Below, in pieces: positions 29,490 through 38,721 of a stretch of 64,000 nt of DNA (positions are counted from its first letter, which is position 1; each line of letters begins with the position of its first letter). The stretch spans positions 43,569 through 107,568 of the forward strand of contig JWKY01000001.1 in assembly GCA_000806015.1 (NCBI GenBank), read 5' to 3'. Made by a program: the position numbers and the translations under genes. This stretch comes from an archaeon GW2011_AR19. Lineage in GTDB: Archaea > Nanobdellota > Nanobdellia > Pacearchaeales > GW2011-AR1. The notes beneath the pieces were generated by a model. The model was not told where the DNA came from. It saw only the letters and a program-made list of their open reading frames with translations, and ran no database searches.

Positions 29490-30398
29490 ATGAAAAAATT
29501 AAAAGTAGCAATTCTCGGCGCAGGAAATATTGGAAAGTTTCACGTTAGAGAATTCAAAAATGCTGGTTGTGATGTTGTTGCTATTTTAGGAAGTTCAGCA
29601 AAAAGTGTAAAAAAAGCTGCTGAAGAACTTTATAATATGTTTCGTGTTGAAGTTAGACAATATCATAATTTAGTTAGTTTACTGGAAAACGAAAAGATAG
29701 ATGCAGTGAGTATTTGCACTCCCCCTGAGCTGCATTCTAAACAAATAAAACAATGTTTAGAATATAGTCTGCACATATTATGTGAAAAACCCTTGGTATT
29801 TGATTCAAAATATGAAAATTACAAAATAGCGCAAAACCTTATTAAAACATCAAAAGAGAGGAAAAAAGTTTTGACAGTAAATACGCAGTGGCCATCAATC
29901 TTAGATAAACTTAATTTGAAAGAGAAAAAAATTAATAACTTTACAATGTATATGGAGCCCCCAGGATTCGGAGAAACAACAATAATTTCTGAAGCAGTTC
30001 CCCATATGAATAGCATACTTATTAGACTGGCTAATAGCGGGGAAGCGACTGATTTTAAATTTTATAAATCTAAAGAAGATATAAAAATAAAATTTAACTA
30101 TGAAAACAATAATAATATTTGTAAAGTTATTTATCACATTAAACCAAAACAAGAAAGGCCCAGAATTATTAATTTTTCTATAAATGATAAAGAATACAAA
30201 AGAGAAGTAACGAGAGAGAATCGGCATTTTATTGTAAGTAAGCGTATGAAACTGGAGATAGAAGATCCTTTGAAAGTTTCTATCAAAACATTTGTGGGGG
30301 CCATTATGGGCAGCGAACCATTAATATCCGAAACAGAACTTTTGGAAAATATAAAATTGCAGGACATTATATTAAAAAAACTTTCTTCACAAAAATGA
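29490..30398 (+). CDS. Gfo/Idh/MocA family oxidoreductase
   Basis: ILGAGNIG..H, DAVSICTP...H, HILCEKP. Confidence 0.87.
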   Translation: MKKLKVAILGAGNIGKFHVREFKNAGCDVVAILGSSAKSVKKAAEELYNMFRVEVRQYHNLVSLLENEKIDAVSICTPPELHSKQIKQCLEYSLHILCEKPLVFDSKYENYKIAQNLIKTSKERKKVLTVNTQWPSILDKLNLKEKKINNFTMYMEPPGFGETTIISEAVPHMNSILIRLANSGEATDFKFYKSKEDIKIKFNYENNNNICKVIYHIKPKQERPRIINFSINDKEYKREVTRENRHFIVSKRMKLEIEDPLKVSIKTFVGAIMGSEPLISETELLENIKLQDIILKKLSSQK

Positions 30399-30411
30399 TT
30401 CTAATAATTTT

Positions 30412-31434
30412 TTAAAATTTGTTTTTCATGCTAAGATCTTCATTTAAAAACATTCTGCTTTCACCATTTTTAATTCTTTTTCTATATTTCATGCAATAAT
30501 AAAGAGCCTGCCATAAATATTTGGTTTTTAGAAAATTTTCTTTTTTTGGTTTTATTATAACTCTTAGTATGTTCAAAAAATTAATCCAAAATAATTCCCA
30601 GATTAGTTTTAAAGTTCCACCAAGATTGTAAAAATATCTGTAATAAAAATTAAAATGATCTTCATGATTTACAAAAATTCTTTTTTTATCAGGATATCTT
30701 TCAATATCTGAATAATGGTGATATGCTCTCACTCTTTTTGGAATCACCAAACTCCCGTTTCCATACTTAGTATAGACATGATAACCTAAATCAATATCCT
30801 CTGAAACATCATATCCAATTCTTTCTGGAATCTTGTAATTATCAAAAACTTTATCCCTATAACACATTATAAAACCAGATATCCACTGACAATCCCTAAT
30901 ATCTTTTTCAATTTTAGGCGTTGAAGTATTTCCATATGGTCCTAAAATTTTAAATTTATGATTATCTTTATGGGGTAAAAGAAAAAAACCTAAAATAAAA
31001 TTAAGAAGTTTAAATTTTAAAGAATTATATTTTTTGAAATCAAATTTATTGTAATCATTAATATCTACTGCGCCAACACCCATAATTTTTGGATTAGAAT
31101 TAAATTCTTTTAGAACCTCTTTAATAAATCCTTGGATTAATTCGGCATCATCATCTATTAAAATAATTATTTTGAATTTATTTTTAATTTTTATCAAAGC
31201 GTCATTTAATGCATTGTTTTTACTTGGTATTTTGTAATGTTTATATTCTATGAATTTGTTTTTTTTAAGATATATTTGCGCCATATTTTTTGTTTTTTCA
31301 TTTTTGCTTTGATCAAGAATAATAAGTTTTGCTGGATGTTCCTTTTGCAGAATAATGCTTTTTAAAAGCTTTTCTAAATCTTCCGAGCGATTATAAGTTG
31401 GGATAAGGATGCATACATCTTTTTCTTTTAACAT
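30412..31434 (-). CDS. Glycosyltransferase family 2
   Basis: LIPTYNR, ILDQS, IDDD, SEDID. Confidence 0.88.
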   Translation of the reverse strand: MLKEKDVCILIPTYNRSEDLEKLLKSIILQKEHPAKLIILDQSKNEKTKNMAQIYLKKNKFIEYKHYKIPSKNNALNDALIKIKNKFKIIILIDDDAELIQGFIKEVLKEFNSNPKIMGVGAVDINDYNKFDFKKYNSLKFKLLNFILGFFLLPHKDNHKFKILGPYGNTSTPKIEKDIRDCQWISGFIMCYRDKVFDNYKIPERIGYDVSEDIDLGYHVYTKYGNGSLVIPKRVRAYHHYSDIERYPDKKRIFVNHEDHFNFYYRYFYNLGGTLKLIWELFWINFLNILRVIIKPKKENFLKTKYLWQALYYCMKYRKRIKNGESRMFLNEDLSMKNKF

Positions 31435-31570
31435 GACTAAGCATTTATTTTACTATTAAAAAACCTTTCTCACTCAACCAACCACGAAAAATTTAAAAGA
31501 GCATAATTTTTTCATCTTTATTTTATTTAGTTTCAATAGAATATAGAAAAAAGATTTCTATTTATAAAAA

Positions 31571-33772
31571 TTAAATACAAGCCCCATTTGAACATCCCTT
31601 TGGACAGGTATACCATTCTGAAACTGTAGTCGCATAGGTCACTCCAGATACAACATTAGAAACACAAGAATATTCTGCTAATGAGCCAGTGACGCTACTG
31701 CAGAAGTCCCAATTATCTGCAGAAATAGGAGTAGATGAACCAATTGGACCATAATAACTATTTCCCTTTACATTATAATTTTTTCCTCCATCAGAATCTG
31801 TGCACCAAGTTCCTTGATTAGTTTGATTAGTTGTTGTGTTATTTCCTGTTTGATTTCCAAGAGTTTGGTTATAAGTATAATTTCCCGGTAAAGTAATATT
31901 TGTCTGATTTAAAGTCAAATTCCCAGTTTGATTTCCTGGAAGAGTAAAATTTGTTATATTCAAAATTACGCCGGTCAAATTAGTTTGATTTTTAGGAGGA
32001 AGAGTATAATTAGTTTGATTTCCAAGAAGTCCGGAAATTTCAATTGGTTTAACCTTGACTACCAAAAAATTCCACCAGGGTTTTTCTGAACTGATAATCT
32101 TACCAGTTTCGCTGTCAATTTGCGCTTCTAATTTTAATTTAATTTTAAACAAACCTATTAATCTGCCGTCTTTATCTTCTTTAGCAATATAAACTGCTCT
32201 TAGATTGTCTCCTTCTCCAACTTCTTTTAATTCAATATTAAATCCTTTGCTTTTTAATTTTTCCAATGCTATTTCAGATGCTTCATCTGGCATAATTTTT
32301 ATTTCCCGTTCATTTCCATTAGATAATTGGGCTTTAAGTTTTATTTCGTCGTCTTCAAATTTTTCTAATATTTTTAGCTCAGATTTAATTTCATTTTCAT
32401 TAATTATAATCTTTCTCTCAAGCGTTGCGCTTCCATCTGCTTTAACTTCAGTTTTAATTTCAATTTTAACTTCTTCCCCATTTTTATTTATAAAAGTCCT
32501 TTTTTCTCTAACTACGCTTGAACCATCTTCATTAATTTCTGCATTAATTTTAATCTTAATTTCATTTCCTTTTTTATCTGTAATTTTTTTAACTTCTTCT
32601 ATGAATTTTATATTCTCTTTAATTTCTTCTTTAATGCTGATTGTTTCTTCAAAAACTCCTAATGAAGAACTGCTCCCACTGCTTCCTCCTCCACCTGATA
32701 CTGTTCCTGCAGAAGCAGTTGTTGTGCTTGTTGTAGAAATAGTTGGAATTGTAGTTGTGGTGGATGAAGTTGTTGCATTTGTTTGATTAGTTGTTGTATT
32801 ATTCCTAGTTTGATTTGTTGTAGTTGAAACGCAAGCCCCATCAGAACATCCATTTGGACAAGTATAAATTTCAGCATCTGGTCCGCAAAAAAGTTCTACT
32901 ACAGCTGTTCCATCGCCATTGCAATAGTCTGAATAAGTGTAAGAACCATAAGTCCTAGCTCCTTTTACATTATAGTTTTTTCCCCCGTCGCTGTCTGTGC
33001 ATGTTGTTTGATTTGTCGTCGTAGTTGAAACACAGGCGCCATTAGAGCATCCATTTGGACAAGAATAATATTCTGAAGATATTCCATTAACAATAGCAAA
33101 GCCGTTAACAATGCAAAAATATTCTGCTACACTTTGACCATTGCAGTAATCTACATGATTTGGAGAATTTGAAGAGATAGTATTTCCTTTTATATAATAA
33201 TCCTTTCCCCCGTCGCTATCAGAACAAGAAATTCCTGTTTGATTAGTTGTATTTGTTGCAGCAGAAACACAAGCCCCATTTGAGCATCCGTTTGGACAAG
33301 TGTAAGTTTCTCCGCTTTGTTGTTTATCAGCAGTGCAGAAATATTCTACTAATGAATTTGAGCTGCTGCACAAATCTGTAACATCTATAGAAGATGTTGG
33401 CGAATTCGCAACAACATTTCCTTTAGTTGAATATGCTTTTCCTCCGTCGCTATCTGCGCAAGTAAAGGTGTTTGAAACACAAGCGCCAGCAACACAAGTT
33501 TCACCTGATGAGCAGGAGATTACAGAACTAAACTCTAAACAAGAATCAGAATCATAATTCCCGCAAGTTTTATAGCCGTCGCCAGAACATTGTTTTGCCC
33601 CGTTAGACGAGCAATCATCAGAACAGGTCAGATTTGTTGTATCATTTTCAGTAGTTTTTCCAGTTAATTTTTTCCAAAAATCTCCAAACCATGTTGCAGA
33701 CACAAATCCTATTGACATAATTAAAGTAATTAATATTAAAGAAATTAAAACAATTACTAAACTCTTTTTCAT
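31571..33772 (-). CDS. Secreted Cys-rich repeat surface glycoprotein (C-x-DSDGG...CPNGC.NGAC repeats, Thr-rich linker, PepSY-like segment, dense N-sequons)
   Basis: Signal peptide; four C.DSDGGK.Y repeats; IDSETGKII..EKPWW; many NxT sequons. Confidence 0.85.
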   Translation of the reverse strand: MKKSLVIVLISLILITLIMSIGFVSATWFGDFWKKLTGKTTENDTTNLTCSDDCSSNGAKQCSGDGYKTCGNYDSDSCLEFSSVISCSSGETCVAGACVSNTFTCADSDGGKAYSTKGNVVANSPTSSIDVTDLCSSSNSLVEYFCTADKQQSGETYTCPNGCSNGACVSAATNTTNQTGISCSDSDGGKDYYIKGNTISSNSPNHVDYCNGQSVAEYFCIVNGFAIVNGISSEYYSCPNGCSNGACVSTTTTNQTTCTDSDGGKNYNVKGARTYGSYTYSDYCNGDGTAVVELFCGPDAEIYTCPNGCSDGACVSTTTNQTRNNTTTNQTNATTSSTTTTIPTISTTSTTTASAGTVSGGGGSSGSSSSLGVFEETISIKEEIKENIKFIEEVKKITDKKGNEIKIKINAEINEDGSSVVREKRTFINKNGEEVKIEIKTEVKADGSATLERKIIINENEIKSELKILEKFEDDEIKLKAQLSNGNEREIKIMPDEASEIALEKLKSKGFNIELKEVGEGDNLRAVYIAKEDKDGRLIGLFKIKLKLEAQIDSETGKIISSEKPWWNFLVVKVKPIEISGLLGNQTNYTLPPKNQTNLTGVILNITNFTLPGNQTGNLTLNQTNITLPGNYTYNQTLGNQTGNNTTTNQTNQGTWCTDSDGGKNYNVKGNSYYGPIGSSTPISADNWDFCSSVTGSLAEYSCVSNVVSGVTYATTVSEWYTCPKGCSNGACI

Positions 33773-33866
33773 TATTTTATATATTAATTAGGGTTTATTA
33801 ATTTATTTGTGTTGATTTCTATTTTAGTTTCTAAATCTTTATAAGTCTTTTAAATATATTTCTTAT

Positions 33867-35072
33867 ATGAAAATACTTGAAGTATGCCCATATTCAGCAG
33901 GCATTTGCGGAGTTTGGACAAGAGTTTTGGAAGAATCTAAAAGATTAAGTAAACGGGGTTTTGAAATAAAAATTTTTTCTTCAAATGCTGTTAAAGGTTC
34001 AAATGAAATTGCTCCTTCACACGAAAAATTAGGCCCCAAAGGGGTCTCCTCTGGAGTAAAAATAGAAATTTTAAGATTTCCTTTTAAAAAATTAGGCGGT
34101 GAAAGTTTTATGTCTTGGGATTTTGAAAAAGAAGCGTTGAATTATTCGCCAGACATCATAATTGCTCACAATTATAGACATTTGCATACAACAAAATGTC
34201 TTAAAATTGCAGAAAAATTAAAAGGAGAAAACAAAAAATGCAAAGTTTTTCTTGTAACTCATGCTCCCTTTGAAAGAAAATTAACAAGAACTTTTTTGCA
34301 AAACTTAATTGTTAAAATTTATGATTTATTTATTGGAAGAAAAACAATTAATAAGTTTGATAAAATTTTGGCAATAACCAAATGGGAGATGCCTTATTTG
34401 CTAAAATTAGGAGCAAAAAAAGAAAAAATTATTTATATTCCTAATGGCATTTCTCCTGAATTTTTTAGTCTGAAAAAGCAAGCAAAAAAAGAACAAAAAA
34501 CAGGAAATTTTTTGACAAACTCGCCCAAGCGTGGTCGAGTTAAAGAAGAAAATAAGATATTATTTTTAGGCCGTATTTCTCCGATTAAAAATTTGGAAGT
34601 ATTAATTAAAGCAATGGATTTCGTTAAAAACAAGAAGATTTTATTGGAGATTGTGGGCCCCCCAGAAAAAAATTATTTTATAAAATTAAAAAATTTAATT
34701 AAAAAACTTGGACTAAATGATAAAATAAAATTTTCTTTACCAATCTATAATCTAAAAGAAAAGATAGCTAAAATAGATTCTTGCCAAATATTTGTCTTGC
34801 CAAGTAAAATGGAAGGCATGCCCCAATCTTTAATAGAAGTAATGGCAAGAGAAAAAATTGTAATTGGAAGCAATAGCTTGGCAATAAGGGATTTAATCGA
34901 GAATGGAGAAAATGGATTTTTATTTGAATTTAATGACCCAAAAGATTTAGCAAAAAAAATTGATGAAGCGCTTTCACAAAAAAATTTAGAAATAAAAAAA
35001 CAGGCAAGAAAAAGTGTTGAACATTTTTCCTGGAACAAAGTAATTAAAAAAATAGTGGGAGTTATACAATGA
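33867..35072 (+). CDS. Glycosyltransferase family 4 (carries two palindromic in-frame inserts)
   Basis: IPNG, LFLGRISPIKN, FVLPS..EGMPQSLIE. Confidence 0.92.
   Translation: MKILEVCPYSAGICGVWTRVLEESKRLSKRGFEIKIFSSNAVKGSNEIAPSHEKLGPKGVSSGVKIEILRFPFKKLGGESFMSWDFEKEALNYSPDIIIAHNYRHLHTTKCLKIAEKLKGENKKCKVFLVTHAPFERKLTRTFLQNLIVKIYDLFIGRKTINKFDKILAITKWEMPYLLKLGAKKEKIIYIPNGISPEFFSLKKQAKKEQKTGNFLTNSPKRGRVKEENKILFLGRISPIKNLEVLIKAMDFVKNKKILLEIVGPPEKNYFIKLKNLIKKLGLNDKIKFSLPIYNLKEKIAKIDSCQIFVLPSKMEGMPQSLIEVMAREKIVIGSNSLAIRDLIENGENGFLFEFNDPKDLAKKIDEALSQKNLEIKKQARKSVEHFSWNKVIKKIVGVIQ
34032..34056 (+). repeat. 25-bp GC-rich double-hairpin element encoding GPKGVSSG (sister copy in rps5, 61618-61642, minus strand)
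   Basis: ggccccaaaggggtctcctctggag vs ggccccaagggggcttcttccggag: 20/25 identical, all differences are transitions. Confidence 0.75.
34494..34547 (+). repeat. 54-bp in-frame composite palindromic insert flanked by a direct aaagaa
   Basis: caaaaaa-caggaaa-ttttttg plus actcgccca-agcg-tggtcgagt. 34522-34538 is the exact reverse complement of 60410-60426. Confidence 0.8.
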
Positions 35073-36955
35073 AAATTCTAATAATTAAAACGGGTGCTTT
35101 AGGAGATGTCTTAAGAACAAGTTTTTTAGCTCAGGCTTTAAAAGATAAATATAAAAAAACAAATTCAAAAATATTTTGGTTAACTTCGCAACAATCTTCG
35201 CAATTTTTTATTAATAATCCATATATAAATGAGCTGATTATTTCAGGAGAAAGAGATAATTTAAAAAAAATAAAATTTGATTTAGTTATAAATTTAGAGG
35301 AATCCAAAGAGGATGCCAGATTTACTTCTTTATTAAAACCAAAAAAAATAATTGGTGTTTTTTTAAATAAAAACGGAGAAATAGAATATACTCAAGAGAC
35401 TTCTTATTGGTTTGATATGTCTATGATAAGCAGATTAGGAAAAGAAAAAGCAGATATTTTAAAAAATAAAAATAAAAAAACTCATCGACAGATTATGTCA
35501 GAAATTATTGGAATGGATTGGAGAAAATATGAACCTTTTTTAAGATTAACAGACGCTCAAAGAAAAATGGCGCAAGAATTTTCAAACAAACATCATCTTT
35601 CAAAAAGTGATTTAATAATTGGAATCAACACGGGCGCTGCAGACAGATGGCCTAAAGAACTTTCAATAAAAAAAACTATTGAGATAATTGAAAATCTTTA
35701 TAAAAAGTATAATACAAAAATTTTGCTATTTGGGGGGCCAAATGAGATTAAAAGAAACAAAGAGATTATTAAATTAGCAGAATCTCCAATAATAGATACT
35801 GGTTGCGGAAATAATCTCGTTGAATTTCCAGCGTTAGTAAGTGTTTGCAATATAGTTATAACGACTGATAGTTTGGGGCTGCATGTTGCTTTGGCATTAA
35901 AAAGAAAAACAATTTGTTTAATCGGTCCGACATCTTCTTCGGAAATAGATTTGTATAATTTAGGAGAAAAAATAATAGCCAAATCAAAAGATGTTTGTTC
36001 TTATAAAACAGAAACAGATTGCATGGATAAAATAGATTTAAATGAAATTAAAACAGCAATAGATAAAATTTTAAAACAAAAAATAACTTTGCTGATAACT
36101 GCATTTAAAGAGCCAAAGACAATTATAAAAGCGGTTGAAGGCGCTTTGGCCCAAAAAACATCAAGGAAATATGAAATTGTTGTTTCTGCTCCAGATAATG
36201 AAACTTTAGATGCAATAAAAAAGCATAAAAATTTAAAAATTTTTAAAGATCCTGGAAAAGGAAAAAGTTACGCATTAAATTTAATTTTTGAAAAATTAAA
36301 AACAGATATTTTGATTTTGACGGACGGGGATGTTTTTATTTCGGATAATGTTGTTGAAAACTTTGCAAATTTATTTTTAGATTCAGAAATTGGATGCGCA
36401 ACCGGGAGACCTATTCCTATAGAGAACAAAAAAACCAAATATGGTTTTTGGGCAAATTTTTTATTTGACTCTGCTCACAGATTAAGGAAGAAAGCATTTC
36501 AGCAAAATAAATTTTTAGAGTGTTCAGGATATCTATTTGCTTTTAGAAAAGAATTTATCCGTAAAATTCCTTTAGATGTGGCTGAAGATACTCTTATTCC
36601 ATATTTATTTTGGCAAAAAGGATATAAAATTGGTTATTCTGAAAATTCACGAGTTTATGTTAAAAATGTTGATAATTTTAGAGATTGGATTAACCAAAAG
36701 ATTAGAACTTCTAAGGCGCATGAAACTTTATATAAATATGTTGATATTAAAACAACTCCGAGGATAAAAACTTTTAAAACAGAAGCAAAAGGATTTTTTT
36801 CTCTTTTTAGCTACCCTGAAAATTTCCAGCAATTTTGGTGGTCAAGTTTGCTCGCTTTATCAAGATTTTATATGTGGATGAAAGTTTTTTATGACACAAA
36901 ATTTAAGAAAAAACATTATCAAGATGCTTGGAAGAGAGTTGAAAGCGCGAAATAA
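35069..36955 (+). CDS. Fusion: GT9 (heptosyltransferase-like) + GT2 glycosyltransferase
   Basis: KILIIKTGALGDVL, NPYI, INTGA, TTDS.GLH.A.AL, IGPT (GT9); then LITAFKE, GKGK..ALN, LTDGD, AED (GT2). Confidence 0.85.
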   Translation: MKILIIKTGALGDVLRTSFLAQALKDKYKKTNSKIFWLTSQQSSQFFINNPYINELIISGERDNLKKIKFDLVINLEESKEDARFTSLLKPKKIIGVFLNKNGEIEYTQETSYWFDMSMISRLGKEKADILKNKNKKTHRQIMSEIIGMDWRKYEPFLRLTDAQRKMAQEFSNKHHLSKSDLIIGINTGAADRWPKELSIKKTIEIIENLYKKYNTKILLFGGPNEIKRNKEIIKLAESPIIDTGCGNNLVEFPALVSVCNIVITTDSLGLHVALALKRKTICLIGPTSSSEIDLYNLGEKIIAKSKDVCSYKTETDCMDKIDLNEIKTAIDKILKQKITLLITAFKEPKTIIKAVEGALAQKTSRKYEIVVSAPDNETLDAIKKHKNLKIFKDPGKGKSYALNLIFEKLKTDILILTDGDVFISDNVVENFANLFLDSEIGCATGRPIPIENKKTKYGFWANFLFDSAHRLRKKAFQQNKFLECSGYLFAFRKEFIRKIPLDVAEDTLIPYLFWQKGYKIGYSENSRVYVKNVDNFRDWINQKIRTSKAHETLYKYVDIKTTPRIKTFKTEAKGFFSLFSYPENFQQFWWSSLLALSRFYMWMKVFYDTKFKKKHYQDAWKRVESAK

Positions 36956-37000
36956 ATAACCTACAATAAACAATAAAAAGCATTTTTAATTATAGTTCTT

Positions 37001-38668
37001 ATGGAAATTTTATATAAAGAGCTAACCCCTGATCATTTTAATAAAAAAGAAAATTTTGGACAAAATTTTTTAAATTGGTTTAAAGATTCGTATAATTTAA
37101 CATTTTTAGGAATATTGCTTCTTGCTATTGTGATAAGAATTTATTATTTTATTTTAACTGCCAATCAGCCTTTATGGTGGGATGAAGCAGATTATCTTGC
37201 TTATGCAAAAAATATTGCAAACTTAGGAGGGGACTGGATTGTAACTGCCCAGCATAATTCACTTTATCCATTTATCGTCGCCGGATTATTTTTGCTGGGA
37301 TTGGGAGAACCGGCAGTTAAATTTTTCATTCAGATAATACCTTCTATTTTATCTGTTTGGTTAGTTTATGCAATTTGCAATGAAATATATGATGATAAAA
37401 GGATAGGCCTGATAGCTTCATTTTTAATGACTACTTTATGGGTTGTTTTATTTAATTCAATGAGATTTCATGTAGATATTCCCGGAATGTTTTTTGGTTT
37501 ACTTGCGCTTTATGTTTTTTGGAGAGGTTATGAAAATAAAAAGAAAATTTTTGGAAAAATAAATTCTAATTTGGCAATTCCTCTTGCAGTCTTTTTTGCA
37601 GTTTTAGCATATTCTATAAGAAGAGCTTATTTTCTTTTTGCAGTTTTTATTTTAGTTTATGTTTTATTGACAACTAAAGATTGGAAAAAATTAATTAAAG
37701 ATAAATATAACTGGATTGGAATTGTATTTGGAGTTTTCTTATTTTTCTTAGTTGAAAAATTTATATTTTTTTCAGGAATAACTGAAGTAGGATCAACCTA
37801 TTATCATCCAGAAAATCCCATTAGTCTCGGAGCATTAAAAGTATTTAGCTCATTTTTTTCTTTTGGAAGTTTGTTTAAAAATATTTATTTTTATTTATTT
37901 TTAATTGGAATAATTTTTATTTTTATTAATCTGCTTATTTATTTAGGACACATAAAAAAAGAGAAAAATAAAAAAGTAAGAGGAGATTTATTTGCCGTTA
38001 TCCTCGTTATTTTTACATTAGCTAATTTTATTTTTATTCTTAGGACTTTTGGAGAGGAAAGATGGTATTTGCCGTTGGCTCTTGGAGCGTTTATTGCAGT
38101 TTCTCAAGGAATTTTATTAATTGGAGATTCTATTAAAAAATATAGTAAAATCATTGGGATAATTTTTATAATTTTGTTAATTGCACTTGGAGGATATTAT
38201 CAGGTCAAAAACGCGGAGGGAATCATAAAAAATAAAATTCCAAGTTTTGAAGGAATCAAAGAGGCAGGTTTATTTTTGAAACAAATCTCTAATCCCGACG
38301 ATATTATTGTTAGCGTTCCAATCCCACAACCAATATATTATTCAGGAAGAAAAGTTATGAACCCTGCAGGCATTTTGAATAAAACAAGCAATCAGGATGT
38401 TAGTTTTGAAGAATTTTTATTAAAGTTGAGTGAAAATACTAAAATAAAATATATTATTGTTACATTTTCAGAACCGGGTCATCCAAATTGGATGCAGCAG
38501 CAATCATCAAATTTTTGGAGCATTCCGTTTATGGATACTGCTATAGATTTTACAAACAATAAACAAGACATAAAACAAGAAAAGACTTATGGAAATATAA
38601 CTTTTAAATTAATTGCATTAAAACAAGATGCTTTTGTTTACGAGATTATAAGAAAGCAAGATTTTTAA
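37001..38668 (+). CDS. GT-C fold membrane glycosyltransferase (PMT/ArnT-like)
   Basis: Multi-TM; WWDEADY in the first loop; ERWYLP. Confidence 0.8.
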   Translation: MEILYKELTPDHFNKKENFGQNFLNWFKDSYNLTFLGILLLAIVIRIYYFILTANQPLWWDEADYLAYAKNIANLGGDWIVTAQHNSLYPFIVAGLFLLGLGEPAVKFFIQIIPSILSVWLVYAICNEIYDDKRIGLIASFLMTTLWVVLFNSMRFHVDIPGMFFGLLALYVFWRGYENKKKIFGKINSNLAIPLAVFFAVLAYSIRRAYFLFAVFILVYVLLTTKDWKKLIKDKYNWIGIVFGVFLFFLVEKFIFFSGITEVGSTYYHPENPISLGALKVFSSFFSFGSLFKNIYFYLFLIGIIFIFINLLIYLGHIKKEKNKKVRGDLFAVILVIFTLANFIFILRTFGEERWYLPLALGAFIAVSQGILLIGDSIKKYSKIIGIIFIILLIALGGYYQVKNAEGIIKNKIPSFEGIKEAGLFLKQISNPDDIIVSVPIPQPIYYSGRKVMNPAGILNKTSNQDVSFEEFLLKLSENTKIKYIIVTFSEPGHPNWMQQQSSNFWSIPFMDTAIDFTNNKQDIKQEKTYGNITFKLIALKQDAFVYEIIRKQDF

Positions 38669-38721
38669 TAAATTCTATCTTAAAAATAATAAAAAAGTTT
38701 ATTCTAGAGAAATATTAAAAA

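Noticed and set aside
32205..32786. 193-aa antisense ORF and many other 60-135 aa shadow ORFs in the track
   Set aside because: They lie antisense or out of frame to well-supported genes and have the Phe/Ser/Ile-rich composition expected from AT-rich reverse frames.
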